Positions 47,083-60,029 of a stretch of DNA of 64,000 nt are shown one piece after another. Source of the stretch: Macrostomum lignano (Eukaryota); the NCBI GenBank assembly GCA_002269645.1, contig NIVC01001638.1, forward strand, positions 1 to 64,000, given 5' to 3'. The position numbers and the translations under genes are program-made. Numbering within the stretch: the first letter of the stretch is position 1; every line of letters begins with the position of its first letter. A model generated the notes under the pieces. That model made no database searches and was not told the DNA's origin. It saw only the letters and a list, made by a program, of their open reading frames with translations.

Positions 47083-49250
47083 TCACTTAACAGCCCATTC
47101 TGGAGCGTCGCTTGGAGGCAGTCGTTGACTAACAACAGAAGACTCTGGAGGCGCTAGAGATACAGTTGATGAAGAAAATGAAGCCTCCAGCTGGTGTCCG
47201 GCGGTCCCAATCAGGCACTGTTGAGACGCGTAAAACTCGGCATCGAGCTGACGTTTTAAACTGCGCAATTCGTCCGACTCCCAGGCTAAACGACGAACTC
47301 GAACTGTGCTCAAGCCGGCACTAGTTGCCGAGCATTCCTCATCGCTAGACATGTAATCTCTAGTCAGTACGCTTTGAAATTTGTTCATCGATTCGGCTGG
47401 CAAACGGTCTGATAATAATTCTAGGCCTTTTTGGCGTCGGCTGAGCTTCTGAAAAAAAATTAAACAAAAAATTCAAGTTAAACTACTTATAAGTAGAAAT
47501 ATAAAGATTTTTATGAAAAAATTCACACTTACGCTTAATTGATTTTTGCGCTTAATTTTGCACCGAAAATCGAAGAACATTGCGTTGATCTTGTACTGGT
47601 TGGGTATCTCTGAATAGGGGAAGCAAGTTCAAATAGGATTTATTAATGAAAGTTTCAAACTGATAACTCTTAGGTACATTAGTAACAAAGTAACAAACTC
47701 ACTTTTCCATACATCGACTGGCCAATCTTTGCCAATAGCCATCTCCTGGGCCTTTTTTAACACCTGACTGGCCACCTTTTGATTGAACGGCGATACAAAC
47801 CTGTAAATCATTTTAGAATAGTTGTTAAACAAATTCAGTCTATCACATAGCCAATTAGATGGATGACTAGCGTCAATGATCAGGTAAAATAAGATATAAG
47901 TGACCGGAAACGACTCTAAAACGACGAGACATCAAGTCGGTAACATTCGCCTAAGAATCGTATCTCTGAGGCGTGCTAGAGTCGCTTAAGAATTACTGAG
48001 TCACTTTTATTAATTAGAATTGCATTTCGCATTTATCACTAAAAACACTACTTAGTCTACTTGAATTAGTAGAAAGTTAAGCTTATAGCCAAAACAAAAA
48101 CAACTCTTCTTACGGTTTAGAAAAGTCGAACAAATGCGCGCCGCCACCTTTCAGCGCTTTGTAGGCCCGACGAAAAATTGTTTTACACTCGATCGGGTAG
48201 CTGCTGCTGCTGCTACTGCTGGCGGTTGCGGCCATAGACAGTCCAGCTGCACTGGCTTGCCTACGCCGGCTCTGCCGTTGACTCTCAGTTTTGATATTGC
48301 CGAATTTGAACAGTAAATCGGAGCCGGCACCGTCAGACGGGCCAGCTCTGAGGTCTTCGGGTGGCGGCGTAGCGGTTGCCGAGGCCGTCTCGTGTGACTG
48401 AATGGATTTCGGATTGGTTTTGAAGGCTTTATGCGAAAAAAAACGGTGTTGATATCAAAACATGCGCAACCCCTCTGAAATTATTGGGGCTAAATACCTC
48501 GGCATCTAATTAGTACTATGTCTAATTTTTTAGGTAGAAAAAATTCTACTTTCTTAAATTTGAACAGAAATACATATTGTACTTCATCAAAATCAAAAGA
48601 ATTGGTCTCTTACCTCATCGCAATCTTCCACTGAGGTGACACCATTGTTGCTGTTACTGCTGTTATTATTATTATTATTAGTAGTAGTAGTAGTAATGGT
48701 ACTGGACTGCTTAGTACCAATTCGAGCCCTATCAGTATTACTAGCAGTAGTAGACCCTAGTTTAGCAGCTAATCGGCTAGCTTGAGTCTGACGCCTACGA
48801 TTCCGCCTCTGATTCTGCTGCTGCTGTCGGGTGGCTTCAGTTGTATCTACATCAACATTTGGATGCTGATCGGTGTTTGATGTCGACTCCTCAGTATTGG
48901 GTGCGGCTGATGCAGCAGCGGCAGCGGCAGCAGCTGAGGCAGCATCGCCAAGCCGGCAGAGTCGATCATATCGCGGATCCATGACGTCAACAACGCGACT
49001 GTGCAGCGCTGCTACAATTCTTAAAGCGTGCAGCAGGTCGCGATCGGGCATTGACTCCACTAGCAGGCTGGCATTGGATAAAGTGCATTCGAATAAAATC
49101 AATGGCGAGAATTGAGCAGCTGCTGCTGCTGCGGCTGCTGCTGCTGCAGAAGATGAGGAAGACACAGCAGCTGAGGTGGCATCAGCGAATGATGGCAGGG
49201 CAATGCAGCTGGCAGTCATGGATGCAGCGGTAACTTGGTAGCTATTGAGG
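47083..49250 (-). CDS. Uncharacterised protein with a C14orf93-like C-terminal region. Exons 49250-48614, 48397-48114, 47800-47703, 47609-47533, 47448-47083; possible ATG at 49219
   Basis: Consistent phases (2/0/2/1/0) with GT-AG sites. N-terminus has poly-Ala, Asn/Thr and Ser tracts, followed by FRRAYKALK..FDFSKPFVSPFNQKV, KLSRRQKG, DYMSSDEE, VRRLAWESDELRSLKRQLD and RLPPSDAPEWAV, which resemble C14orf93-type domains from memory. Family not verified. Confidence 0.72.
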
Positions 49251-51798
49251 CTGACAGCAAACAAAAGCCATTTGATAGATTTTTAAGTGTCATCTGCCAT
49301 GCCATATAAAAATTATAGTAATAGTTTGACATCAATATCCTTATAACAACATATTATATACTTGGTAGGTTCATGGCTGCTGCTAATCATATTTGTGGAA
49401 TTTTGAGCACACGCAAGTATGCAGACATGCACTCAAACACATGCTTAATACATGGCATATAGTTGCTACATGTGTAAAACTTAATAGATTTTGATTGACT
49501 AAAACAATATAGTTGTATCTAATGAGTCTTTTTCCAATCTAGCTTTGCTTCCATGTCCCTATTAAAATACTGTTAAAAAACCTATGAATATATACTAAGA
49601 GCTTTTAGAAAACCCATAGACATAAATAGAGACCTCCTATGTTGTGCTACAATCATCTGCCAAAAAATTTTCTATACTAGTATATGTGCACTAGACTTCT
49701 TATGCCATGCCAGAACTAAAATTTAAAACTGAGTTAGATAGCATCCACAAAAGGCTATATGCAACTTAAAACCATTTTTCTAATTGGCATTAAATAGCTA
49801 AAGTTTTTTCTCTTTTGATATGGTTATTTTGATCATTTATATAGGTTTCTTTTTATTCTTTTTCTTTTTTCAAAATATTTTTTGTGTATTCTTATATCTA
49901 CTATATAACAGTGTTAGCAATTATATTACCTAAAGGCTATATATATAGTGTTTAGTGCATTCTTGCAGGCCAAAAGAGAAATAAAAGAGAAAAGACAAGG
50001 TAAACAAAGGCAAAGAAAAAGATTGCTAGAGAAATGTGTTAAGAAAAGACAAATCTTTTGAGCAAGCTAGATTGCTATTGTAAAGTTCCAAAAGACTTAC
50101 AAGTTGGATAAAAAGACTTTGTAGTTCACATGTGACCCATATAGACTAGTTTATTAATTCTTTTTACAGGGTATATAGATTTATCTATACAATTTTTAAG
50201 CTTAGTTGATTGGTTTTTTTAGACCTACTTTTGCTATCTTGTGAACTAGTTAGATTAATTAGGTCTAGTCTAAGCCCTAGTCAAAATATTATATATTAGT
50301 TATATAAATAAATCTTTTTATTGTTTTTAGCTAGGCCTATAAATAAATCCCTTATAACACTATTTAATTTTTTAGACTTAGACCTAGATTATGGCCTAGA
50401 AGTACAATAATGATAACAATGGTCTACAACATGCAAGTCACTAAGACTTGGTCACCAAGTATTGGCTTTTAAATATTTAGGTTAGGGCTTGATGATTTCA
50501 TAAATCAAGTATATAGAACAAAGATTTTTTAGAAAGAAGGGCACTTAGAACAATAGATTTTTTGCCCAAAAGTATATATATTATACTTATGGATGTAAAT
50601 ATAGCAATAGAGAATGGTAACTTTATTATAATATTAATTTATTAAAGCTCCCTTAGACTAGAAAGACTTAGACTTAGACAAAAAAACAATTATTGAAGTT
50701 TTGCATGCATACATATTTATTTTTATGCCTTACTTTTTGCATAGAATGCATTAGGATAAGGCCTATGTCTATTAATTTTGGATAAATTTCACTTTGGTAG
50801 GCTTAGGTTAGGCCTAGCCATACATGCGCAACAGTTGGCCGAGTCAGCTGATTTGGCTGACTAATTTGGCGGCCAACCAAGGAAGTCGCAAAAATGCCCA
50901 TCTGAAAAAACACCCAAGTAGTAGAATTAAATAGCTGATGAGGCATTTTTGCTTAATAAGACAGTTGTAGTTACTCTTGCCATTTACCTAAAGTTGCACT
51001 AATTTTGCTTTAGGGTTTTTGTATATGTAATTTGCATTTTTTATTAAAAACTATGTCACATTTTTGTTAAAACTAAGTTGCATAGCCAACTGAATATTAA
51101 AGGTTGCGCATATATGGGCCTAGCTATAATTTAGAAGGTAATATGCATACCTAGAAATCCTAGTGCAAAACAAGGGTCCTACCATTTTTCAATATACATT
51201 AAGCCCTAGGGAATATCCTGGCATACATGACATAGTAGATAGGCCAACATAGTGTCAAATGACAAATTTTTATATAAGCATATAGCTTAAACTAGGCATA
51301 CAAACAAAAATTTACCACTTTCTTGATTTTGGCCTAAGCATCCAACCCTAATGTGCTAAACAAAAAGTTATTATAGGAAATAGAGGTTAGAACCTGGCCT
51401 AGTGTAGGGCTGTTGGCCTACACTTTTCTAAAAGTAGGCTTTAGATTAGAAGGAAAAAAAATTAATACAGGCCTAAAAATAATAAAGCCAATTAAAAAAA
51501 AATAAAGTAGTATCCCTCAGGTCTATGTGCAATTAAAGTAATTTTTCTATGGGTCTCTAACATTTATTTATTTATTCAACTGGTAGCTGGACAGTACAAG
51601 TCTGCTATCTCTGAGACTAAACTATTCAAAACATAAAATAGTCAGTAGTCATAGACCATAGGCCTAGACCTACTAGCTAATGCCAAGGTGATAGGCCCGA
51701 AGAAAAATAACATTAACTGCAAAACACTACCAGTACCAACACAAGAAATAAGCCTAAATGAGATAAATATTTAAATAATTGTGATGTAAGATGCGAAA

Positions 51799-52561
51799 CA
51801 AGGGCGTAGCCAGGAATTTCCTATGGGGGAGATACACCAAGGAGGTTTCCATGCATTTTGGTGCCCGTGATTTTCGGTGCCCAATATTTTGGTGCCCTAG
51901 ATTGCCGGGCACCAAAAAGCACAGGCACCAAAAAGCGTGGATACCCCCAAGCCACAGCCAGGAAGACGGTAGAATCCTCGGAATTTTCCGGCGCAAATCA
52001 GCAATTTGCCGGCGCACGGCGCACACTTCACTGCGCCGCGCGCATGGGCTCGGCGCATCGGCGCATGGCTCGGTGCATAGGTGCATGGCTCGGCGCATGG
52101 CGCACAAGGTACGTCAGTGTACGTGACAATATAATAATGAATAATAAAAAAACGTATATTAAATGTCAATCAATCAATAAAATAAACGATAGTCGATACG
52201 ATAGTCGTTATTTCCAATGTTGTTTCTATTTCAAATTTCATTAATCGACTTAACAAACTTAACAAATTTGCGCCTTTCGCGGCTTTTGTTGCGTCTTTTT
52301 GCTTATATTTTGCAAATAAAAGCCATGATTGAACTGCTTGAACTTCCATTGATATTGATTTAATTTAGATACTTAATACTTGATGGTGCTTTTTCAAGTG
52401 TATTTTTCTCGGCGCATGGCGCACAAGTAATTTTTTTTTCTCGGCGCACGCGGCGCACAGCAAAAATTTTGATGGATGTTTTTCCGGCGCACACGCTGCA
52501 CCTTCCTGACCATGGCCCCCAAGGACGTCCAAGGTGAAGTTTCTATGGGGGACACACCAAG
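51799..52561. mobile_element. Probable non-autonomous hAT-like element (decayed)
   Basis: GC-rich island starting CAAGGGCGTAGCCAGG (hAT-type end), with many internal CGGCGCA(TGG) subterminal repeats and a degenerate inverted end at ~52503-52519; no TSD found. Confidence 0.4.
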
Positions 52562-52639
52562 ATAAATGTGACAGAGTCACATGGTAGTATGTATAACAAC
52601 AAAGAGCAACAAAAAAGTTTTGGTCAGGCTCTTCGGGGG

Positions 52640-53590
52640 GTAGTAGTAGTAGTAAGTTGGCTCAGGCAAGAAGCCTGTTTGGCCAGTATATTTCTGTGTA
52701 TTTAAGTTATTTTAGCATTAGTTGTTTAATTACGATTAAGTTCAAAAGGTTAAATTTGTTCAAAAGGTTAAATTTTTTCACGAGTTACGATATTTGTAAA
52801 ATTATTAAGGTATTTGAAAGAGCGTTTTTTGTAAAAAGATGTAGTATTTTGCAAGCGCACAATATTTCAGAGCGTGAAAAACGAACATGAACATACTTCA
52901 AAAGAACTTTACGTTTAACGAATAACGACGATTTAAATAGGTATTATTAGATAGGAAACTAATTAAATTCTAATTAAATGCTAATTAAATAGGAAATTAA
53001 AAAGACAGTAAATGAATAAACAAATGAAAAGCGGATTTATTACACTGCTGATATGTCTGTTTCAGTTTGCATAACTGTTTTAGCTATTCATGACTTCATA
53101 TATTTTAGCTACACCAGTGAGCTCTTTTCTTACTCTTTTTTCATTTGTAGCATATCCTAACTTGTGTACTTGCTTGTCATTTAAGAGGTACTGACAGAAG
53201 TATTTTTTTCTGATCTTTTCAGTTTGTGGACATTCGGTCAAGTAGTGTAGGATATCGGAACCATTTCTCGCTCCACACAGTCTACATGCTTCATGAGAGA
53301 AAATATTGGGTGTAATTTCGCATTTCAGTTTTAGGAGGGTTGTTAGGAATTTTTTGTTTCTAAAAGTGCATGGAAAGTAATCTGAAAGGTCGGGCCTGCA
53401 GATTTTTTTGTAGAGATAGGCGTTTTTGTAGAGTTTAATATATTGCTGATTTTCTAGCTTTTGGCTAAGTTCTCTTTCTCTGTGTATCTTGAGGTGCTTT
53501 TTCACTAGGTATTTCTCGTTATTAAAGCTTTGGGAAAGTTTATCTTCAGTTAGTGCTTTTAAGTCTATACTTACCAGTTTCTTTAGTACA
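52640..53590 (-). mobile_element. 3' end of a non-LTR retrotransposon (LINE) ORF2 with C-terminal CCHC zinc knuckle, 3' UTR and (TAC)n-like tail; interrupted at 53590
   Basis: ORF 53080..53664 contains CRLCG..DILHYLTECP..IRKKY. Its first ~25 codons are really the TIR of the inserted element. The frame continues about 30 codons beyond the right TSD (57016 onward). Confidence 0.75.
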
Positions 53591-54429
53591 ATGACCGGTT
53601 TTTCAGTTCCAGTTCCCAAATCGTACTTTAAAATCCCGCCGTAACGGAATATGTTACAATACATATTAAAACAAATGTTTACTGCTTTAAGAATAAAGTT
53701 GACATTAATATTTTTTTAAAATGAATAAAATACAATATTATTCAAACGTTTTCTTGTTTTATTTAAATTTTTTATTAAATAAGTACTATTATGGAGACGA
53801 ATATTCAAAAAACCACGGTTCGATCTCGGAGCAGCTCGATCTATCATTATCGTTGTATGTGATAATGTGACGATAACAATATGAAGTAAGAACTCTTCTA
53901 AATATGATAAAAATTAAAAATTAATATGTAGAATGAATAAACAAAGAAACTAGTAGACATTTATAAAAAAACGTTTCGTTCTTTTTACACTAGATAAAGA
54001 CAGTAGTTAACTACAATTAAGTTAACTACAATTACTTTGAACTCAAAAATATTGTGGTAAATTAATAAATTAACTAATAGCAATTCAAATAATGGTTTCA
54101 ATTGACGCTAAAAAATTCGTAAAAGTTAAAGGTCCTTATAAAACATGGGTTTTGAATATTACATATGAAATAAAAATATTGAGATAAAATATAAGATATG
54201 ATACATGTAATTTATAAGATTATGATGTTACTTCTCCAGAAGAATGCATGTAATTGTCGTAAAAATTCTATCAATAACTTAATACAGTCAATACGTAAAT
54301 TAATCCAACAGTGCACCTTGAATTGATGAATTGTGATTTCTCTATAGACCTTACAAATCTAATTGATCAAATATTAAACATGTGTAAATATGTTGCACAA
54401 TTAGATGTAATTCTTAACTTGCATGTGAT

Positions 54430-54666
54430 CAGGGGCGTGAGCGCGTCGCTATGGATTTTATGGTGGGGGATCGGGACAAAGTCAAGAATTCTAAGTGACG
54501 AAATTCCTACATTATTTTTTATATCGGTGTTTTTAACACTCAATTTTATTGCCAAACAGACACTCATTTTGTTCGCTTTTTCATAGCTTTCACTCAGACC
54601 AGGGGGGGGACATTGCACAGTTGTCCCGATGTCAGCCCCTGTCCCGCGTGGTGACGCGGGCCCTTG
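54430..54666. mobile_element. 237-bp hAT-type MITE
   Basis: Ends CAGGGGC...GCCCTTG; exact 8-bp TSD CATGTGAT at 54422-54429 and 54667-54674. Confidence 0.8.
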
Positions 54667-54949
54667 CATGTGATTATGCATTTAAAGGTACAATTTCGTA
54701 AAATGAAACAATGTACAAGCTGGAAGCAATTGCATATGAATTCAGTCTGTACGCGCCAGCATGAACCTCGGAAAAATAGGAAATTAAAGGAGTTACAACT
54801 CCGAGGGGCCAAGACCTTTCACGACTCTGTGAAAGGTCTCGGCCTTTACTCGGCATTTTTTAGGGTTTTTAATTATTATGGCTTTTGATTCAGTGCTAAG
54901 AGTAACACTTTCTTTTGTCCTACGAACCTGTCGAGTCCCCTGCAGCTAG

Positions 54950-56260
54950 TTGACGCCATCATATCGCTGTATGGTGATATGTCAGCTCCGCTGGGATATC
55001 GGCTCGCTGGTCATGCCAGCGCCTCGGTCTTTCAGCGTGTCGACAAATAGGCCGACGCTTTGATGCCACCTCGACCAACCTTAATCTAGCGCTGTGCGCC
55101 ATCAACAGTTGAGGACAGGAGTGTGAGGTCGTCGGCGTAGCCCAGAACCGCTCAGGCGCTTCTCGTTGTGGCGGCGACCGATGTGTCTGCGCAGCAGGAA
55201 GCGCCGTCGCCTGCTGAAGGGGGTCCGTTCCGAAGCTGCACAATCCATGCCAGGAGCAGCACGAAGAGGAACGGCGCTAGAATGTGTCGCTCTGTGTAGC
55301 ACTCCTAAACGAAGTTTCAAACAGGTCAGACAAGCCGTCTGCCGTCACCACAGCGTAATGCCGCGGCGCAGACGGGCAGACGACCAACCTCGCGCGCTGT
55401 CAGCGGTTCACCTCAACGGTCTGATGCCCAACGTTGAGGACAAAATTCGGCGACGCAGATCTAGATCGAGAGGACTTGCCTGGACGGCCTACCGGTCGAT
55501 TCGCGCCATCCTTCAGTCCAAAGCGCTGCCCGATCGTCAGAGGGCTCGGCTGTTGAGACCGTGTTGCTCGACAACGCTGCAGAGACGTGGATGTTCAAGG
55601 GACGCTAGAATTCGCGCTACTGGATTTTGCGCTAATTGTCTTCTGCGCACCAGGATTTTGCGCGAATCGGATGATTTTAGGCGACTTGAAATTGAATTCG
55701 ACTGCATCATTTCTCGCGACGTACATGTACTTCAAGCGACTAGATTTCGCGCGACTGAATTTCGCGCAACCGGATTTAGATCGACTGGATTTAAATCCAG
55801 TCGTGTGAAATCCAGTCGCTAGAAAGAAGCCGCGCCCTTTAATTCCAGGTCGTTCGATTTCCAGTCGCGCAAATGCAGTCGCTCGAATGCCAGATCGCGC
55901 GAAATCCAGTCGCACGAATTCTAGCGTCCCGATGTTAACGGCCACACTGGAGCAACAGCTAAATAAACAATTGGATCACTCGGCCCGCGGGGCTGCTCCA
56001 TGCGTTCAGGCTGACAAAAGCGTCCTGTCCAAGGATGTACCATCCTGCAGCGAGACGGCGACTCCAACTGACAGGCGCTACGTGATCCGGGCGATTGCCC
56101 TAGCCTGTCCAGGGCATCCTGCCGCTCACTTTGCTAGAACAGTTCAGGCGGGCTCAAGCGACCGAGGACACGGAGATACGTGGACTGCATCCTGAGCAAC
56201 GTTGGGGCGCCCGACACTGTCGATCAATGGGCCAGACAATTGATTATTCGCCTGCTGGCG
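54950..56260 (+). mobile_element. Degenerate RTE-clade non-LTR retrotransposon fragment (RT C-terminus and downstream region)
   Basis: Frameshifted peptides RGLAWTAYRSIRAILQSKALPDRQRARL, NAAETW/MLTATLEQQ (rejoined across the MITE) and RRYVDCILSNVGAPDT are typical of the RTE post-RT region. Confidence 0.75.
55599..55930. mobile_element. 332-bp MITE with ~33-bp TIRs inserted in the RTE fragment
   Basis: GGGACGCTAGAATTCGCGCTACTGGATTTTGCGC / GCGCGAAATCCAGTCGCACGAATTCTAGCGTCCC, with internal GCGACTGGATTTCGC-type repeats and an imperfect TSD GATGTTCAA/GATGTTAAC. Removing it restores the RTE frame. Confidence 0.85.
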
Positions 56261-56408
56261 CTTCGACATGTCATCTGACGCTCCCTCCACTGACTGCTGG
56301 GGCGACTGCGTATTTTTTGTTGCTGTTGTTCTATAATTACCGACGAGTATAAGCTGGTTATTTTACAAATTCAAAGTTACAAACCCTTAGTTACGAAATC
56401 GTACATTT

Positions 56409-56932
56409 CTGACGTTTCAACATCACGCTATGCAAGATTGAAGACCTGCACTGAAGCAACAGTAAGGTCGGTGCAGAAGCTGATTTTTGATATAAACGCA
56501 GATTTCAGATGGTAAATTGCAAAAATAAAATTGGTTAACAGTCGCTGTTTAGTATTTCGTAGTTCTAGGGGTAGAATGATTTAGCCTGTATGCGAAATTC
56601 TGCAGTTACTGACGTTTCAACATCACGCTATGCAAGATTGGAGACCTGCACTGAAGCAACAGTAAGGTCTGTGAAGCTGATTTTTTATATAAACGCAGAT
56701 TTCAGATGGTAAATTGCAAAAATAAAATTGGTTATCAGTTGTTGTTGGGTATTTCGTAGTTCTAGGGGTAGATTTATTTAGCCTGTATGAGAAATCCTGC
56801 AGTTACTTACGTTTCAACATCACGCTATGCAAGATTGGAGACCTGCACTGAAGCAACAGTAAGGTCTGTGAAGCTGATTTTTTACATATACACAGATTTC
56901 AGATGGTAAATTTGAGTTTCGACTAAAAAATC
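56409..56932. repeat. ~200-bp tandem repeat, about 2.6 copies
   Basis: ACGTTTCAACATCACGCTATGCAAGATTG recurs at ~56412, ~56612 and ~56809. Confidence 0.9.
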
Positions 56933-57444
56933 GTTTTACATTCAAGTGTTTTCTGCTAAATCGATCTTTTTGTTATTTTTATCTTATCGGGAACTGGAAC
57001 TGAAAAACCGGTCATTTAGTACATTCGTTTTCCATACCTAACACTATTTCTTTTAAAAAAAGTTGTTATTCTTAGAAAAAAGCTTCTTTCGAAGAAAACT
57101 GTTTAAAGCAAAGGCAATAGTTTTTTAATTGCGAGCTAGGTTGTTTCTTATAATTAAAAATATTTTGCAACATTAAAATAAAAAACTTTTATAAGGACAA
57201 CAGTTTTAACTTTGTATTATGGAAAAATGTTGTTTTAATTTTTAAATTTAAGACTATAGTTAGTAAGTTCAAGTGGGAAATCACGGACATGCAGTAACTT
57301 GACTACTTGCTGGGTATATGCGCGTCGCCTATGAAATTTAAAATTTTAATGTACAATATGTTAGTTAGCTTGGCCTTAGGGAAATTAGGCAACAAGGCTT
57401 ATAAATTGCTAGCTAGGCGCTAGGCCTATCCGCCTAGGTTAAAA

Positions 57445-57573
57445 GGTAATCTTTCCTTCCTAGGGCTTAATTTTTTGCCAGCCATGTAAGCCCGTAAAAA
57501 TATTTGCATTTTAAATATAAAAAATTCGAAAAAACTTAGAAAATAATTTACGGTCGGGTAAGGAAAGATTACC
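57445..57573. mobile_element. Possible tiny MITE remnant (14-bp perfect inverted repeat)
   Basis: GGTAATCTTTCCTT at 57445-57458 / AAGGAAAGATTACC at 57560-57573; no TSD. Confidence 0.3.
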
Positions 57574-58339
57574 GCTGCATCACTCTTTCCAATGCAGTCT
57601 GCTGATGCTGAGTTATTTTTAGGGGCCTAGTCTTAGGACTTAGTGATTACTGATAAGTGACATGGCATTTAAGATTTAAGGGTGCAAGCCTCTATTATAG
57701 CTAATATTAATAATACAAGGCAGACTAACTTTTATGGATATTATATAGCAGTGTCTATGAAATCCATGTATCTTAGGTAGGCCTAACTAATGTCTAGGCC
57801 TAATCTAATGCAGCCCATTGCCAACAATAGGTTAGGGACCCCTAATCTAGAGTGGTAGGCCTAGGTAGATAGAATGGAGCCTAGTGTCATGATTTTATTT
57901 TATAATAGAAATATTATACTTTCATTTTTATTTGTTTTAATTCATAAAAGTCCATTCATCGTAGAATGTAGACTGCAAAAATTCTAGGACCCACGTCTGA
58001 TTTGTCTGCCAGAAAAAGTTGTTTCATCTGCCCATAGACAAAAAGGCAGCAGACAAAATCACTGCACATGTACACTATTATTATAGTAGGCTAGCCTATT
58101 ACAAGTGGACATCTTCTATTAAGAAAATGAGGTTTGAACTCCTATTGCCAAAATTCTATTATCTAAATCTAAAATTGATTAGCTAAATTCTGTGACCTAA
58201 ATCTTACCTTTCAAATCCTCTAGGCCTATAAAACTTTTTAAATATCATAGCTAAGAAATAAAACTTAACCATTTAGTACTTAACTATTTTATTAGACAAT
58301 ATAATCAAAAGCAACCTATCAATAAAGAAAAAAGATATC

Positions 58340-59005
58340 TTATCAACCTTTCCTTTCCTTTTTAATTTCTTAGTTTCCTCTTTTCTCCTATCTTCTCTTT
58401 TTTCTCTTATCTTTTATTTTTTTCTTTTCTCTTGTTTCTTCTCTCCCATTTCTTTTTTATTTTCTTTTCTCTCATCTTCTCTGTCTTTATTCTCTCCTCT
58501 CTTTGTTCTCTTCCCTTTTCTCTTTGCTCTTTCTTCTTTTCTCTCATTTTTGCTCTCTCACCCCTTTTTTCTCTCTTATCTCTGCTCTATCATATTTCCT
58601 TTCTTAGCATTCATTTTTGCTTTCTCATCTTTCCTCTTTCATTTACTTCTCTCTTCTTTTTTCTTTCTCTTCTCTTTTTTTTCTTTCTTTTCTACCCTTT
58701 TTTTCTCTCTTCTTTCCACTATTCTTTCTTTTCTCTTTTTTCTTTTTTTATTCCCTTCCTTTTCTCCCTCTCTTCTCTCTTCTTTCTCTTCTATACTTAT
58801 ATCTATCCTCTTTTCTCTTTTCTCATTTTTTTCTTCCTACTTTATACTTTCTCTTTTCTATCTGATCTCTTCTTTTTTCTTTTTCCTTTTTCTCTCTCCT
58901 TTTTTCTTCTTTATTCCCACTTTACTCCCCTTTATTTTCTCTCTATCATATCCTATTTCCACTTTCTTTTTTATCATAATTGCTTTCTTTTTCCTCTCTA
59001 CTTTT
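58340..59005. repeat. Pyrimidine-rich (CT/T) low-complexity tract
   Basis: Almost purely C/T on the + strand; yields spurious F/S/L ORFs. Confidence 0.9.
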
Positions 59006-60029
59006 TACTAATAAATTTATCTATACATTGGCCCTAGACTTAAGTACTAGTTACCCAAGGCAATATATTTCAATCTTCAGACTTGAGTTTTGCTCTTAGA
59101 TCTAAACATTATTAGGATCACATGGTCATGGCTTGTTTAATTAAATATTTCTATTTAATCTAAATTTTTATTAATAAATCAATATTTTTAAGGTATTTAG
59201 ATAACTAAAAATGTTAAAAAATCATATAAATATTAAATAATGGTTTTAGATTATCATCAAAAATAAAAAGCAATGGAAGAAGATGACAACCTTGCATCTT
59301 AAGTGTTTCTTATGTGTTAACTATATATAATATCAAATTATCAATGGCCATTTCTCCAAAGTGGCAAGTGATTGTTGATATGGATAGGCTAATGCTAATG
59401 AAGATATCTGCTTTTTCTAGGTAGACCTCTATTATAGCCATCATATAGACATGCTTCTCATAATTTACCTATTAGTAAAGTACTTTAGTTGGATTTAGTT
59501 AGTTAGTTTAGTTAGTTTACTTTAGTTAGTTATGCAACCTTGGTGATTACTGATAAAGTAGCTAGTTTGTATATTGTAGAATATTGCATGGTTTACTGGC
59601 CTTTTAAAATGGTGTGCAAAATAGTGGCATAAGAAAAGCCAACCTCTAGCTAAGCAAACTATGTTAGACTGAGTGCACCTATCCCAATATAGTAGGTCAA
59701 ATACTTTAGTTTTAGTGCAAGTGCATCTTCTAAACTGGCTGCACACTGATTAGGTTGCCACAATGTACTTTTATTTTTAAAGCATATTTACTTATTTTAG
59801 TCTTAATAATCATTTATTAACAAGCCAAGCTAAGCATATGTTTTGTGAAGTAAATAATATTTTTTGTTTTCCTAGTTTTAGTTGGAGAAGTTTTCATTTT
59901 TAGTATTATTAGTTGGAGATTCTAGGCTACAGATTAGTTAATGCAAAATATATATGAAATTGAGCAAATATTAAATGTGTTGGCTTGTTTAAGATACAAA
60001 AGATAGTTATACCCTAGTGCACTTAAAGC

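Larger units (their letters stand above)
53591..57015. mobile_element. 3425-bp non-autonomous TIR element with perfect 27-bp TIRs and an 8-bp TSD, carrying nested elements
   Basis: ATGACCGGTTTTTCAGTTCCAGTTCCC at 53591-53617 and its reverse complement at 56989-57015; TTAGTACA at 53583-53590 and 57016-57023; no transposase ORF. Confidence 0.9.

Noticed and set aside
50824-50901. 78-nt minus-strand exon candidate (ttttcAG ATGGGC...GCGCAT GTatgg) upstream of the C14orf93-like gene
   Set aside because: The phase-2 frame needed to join exon 49250 contains a stop. It may be a 5' UTR exon, so it is not included as CDS.
50930-50960. Second hammerhead-like CTGATGAG-GCATTTTTGC motif
   Set aside because: No GAAA box follows the stem; too degenerate to call.
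53592-53664. N-terminal MYCNIFRYGGILKYDLGTGTEKPV of ORF 53080..53664
   Set aside because: It is the TIR and interior of the inserted DNA element fused in frame by chance, not LINE protein.
58432-59037. 201-aa Phe/Ser/Leu-rich 'membrane protein' ORFs
   Set aside because: Pyrimidine low-complexity tract.
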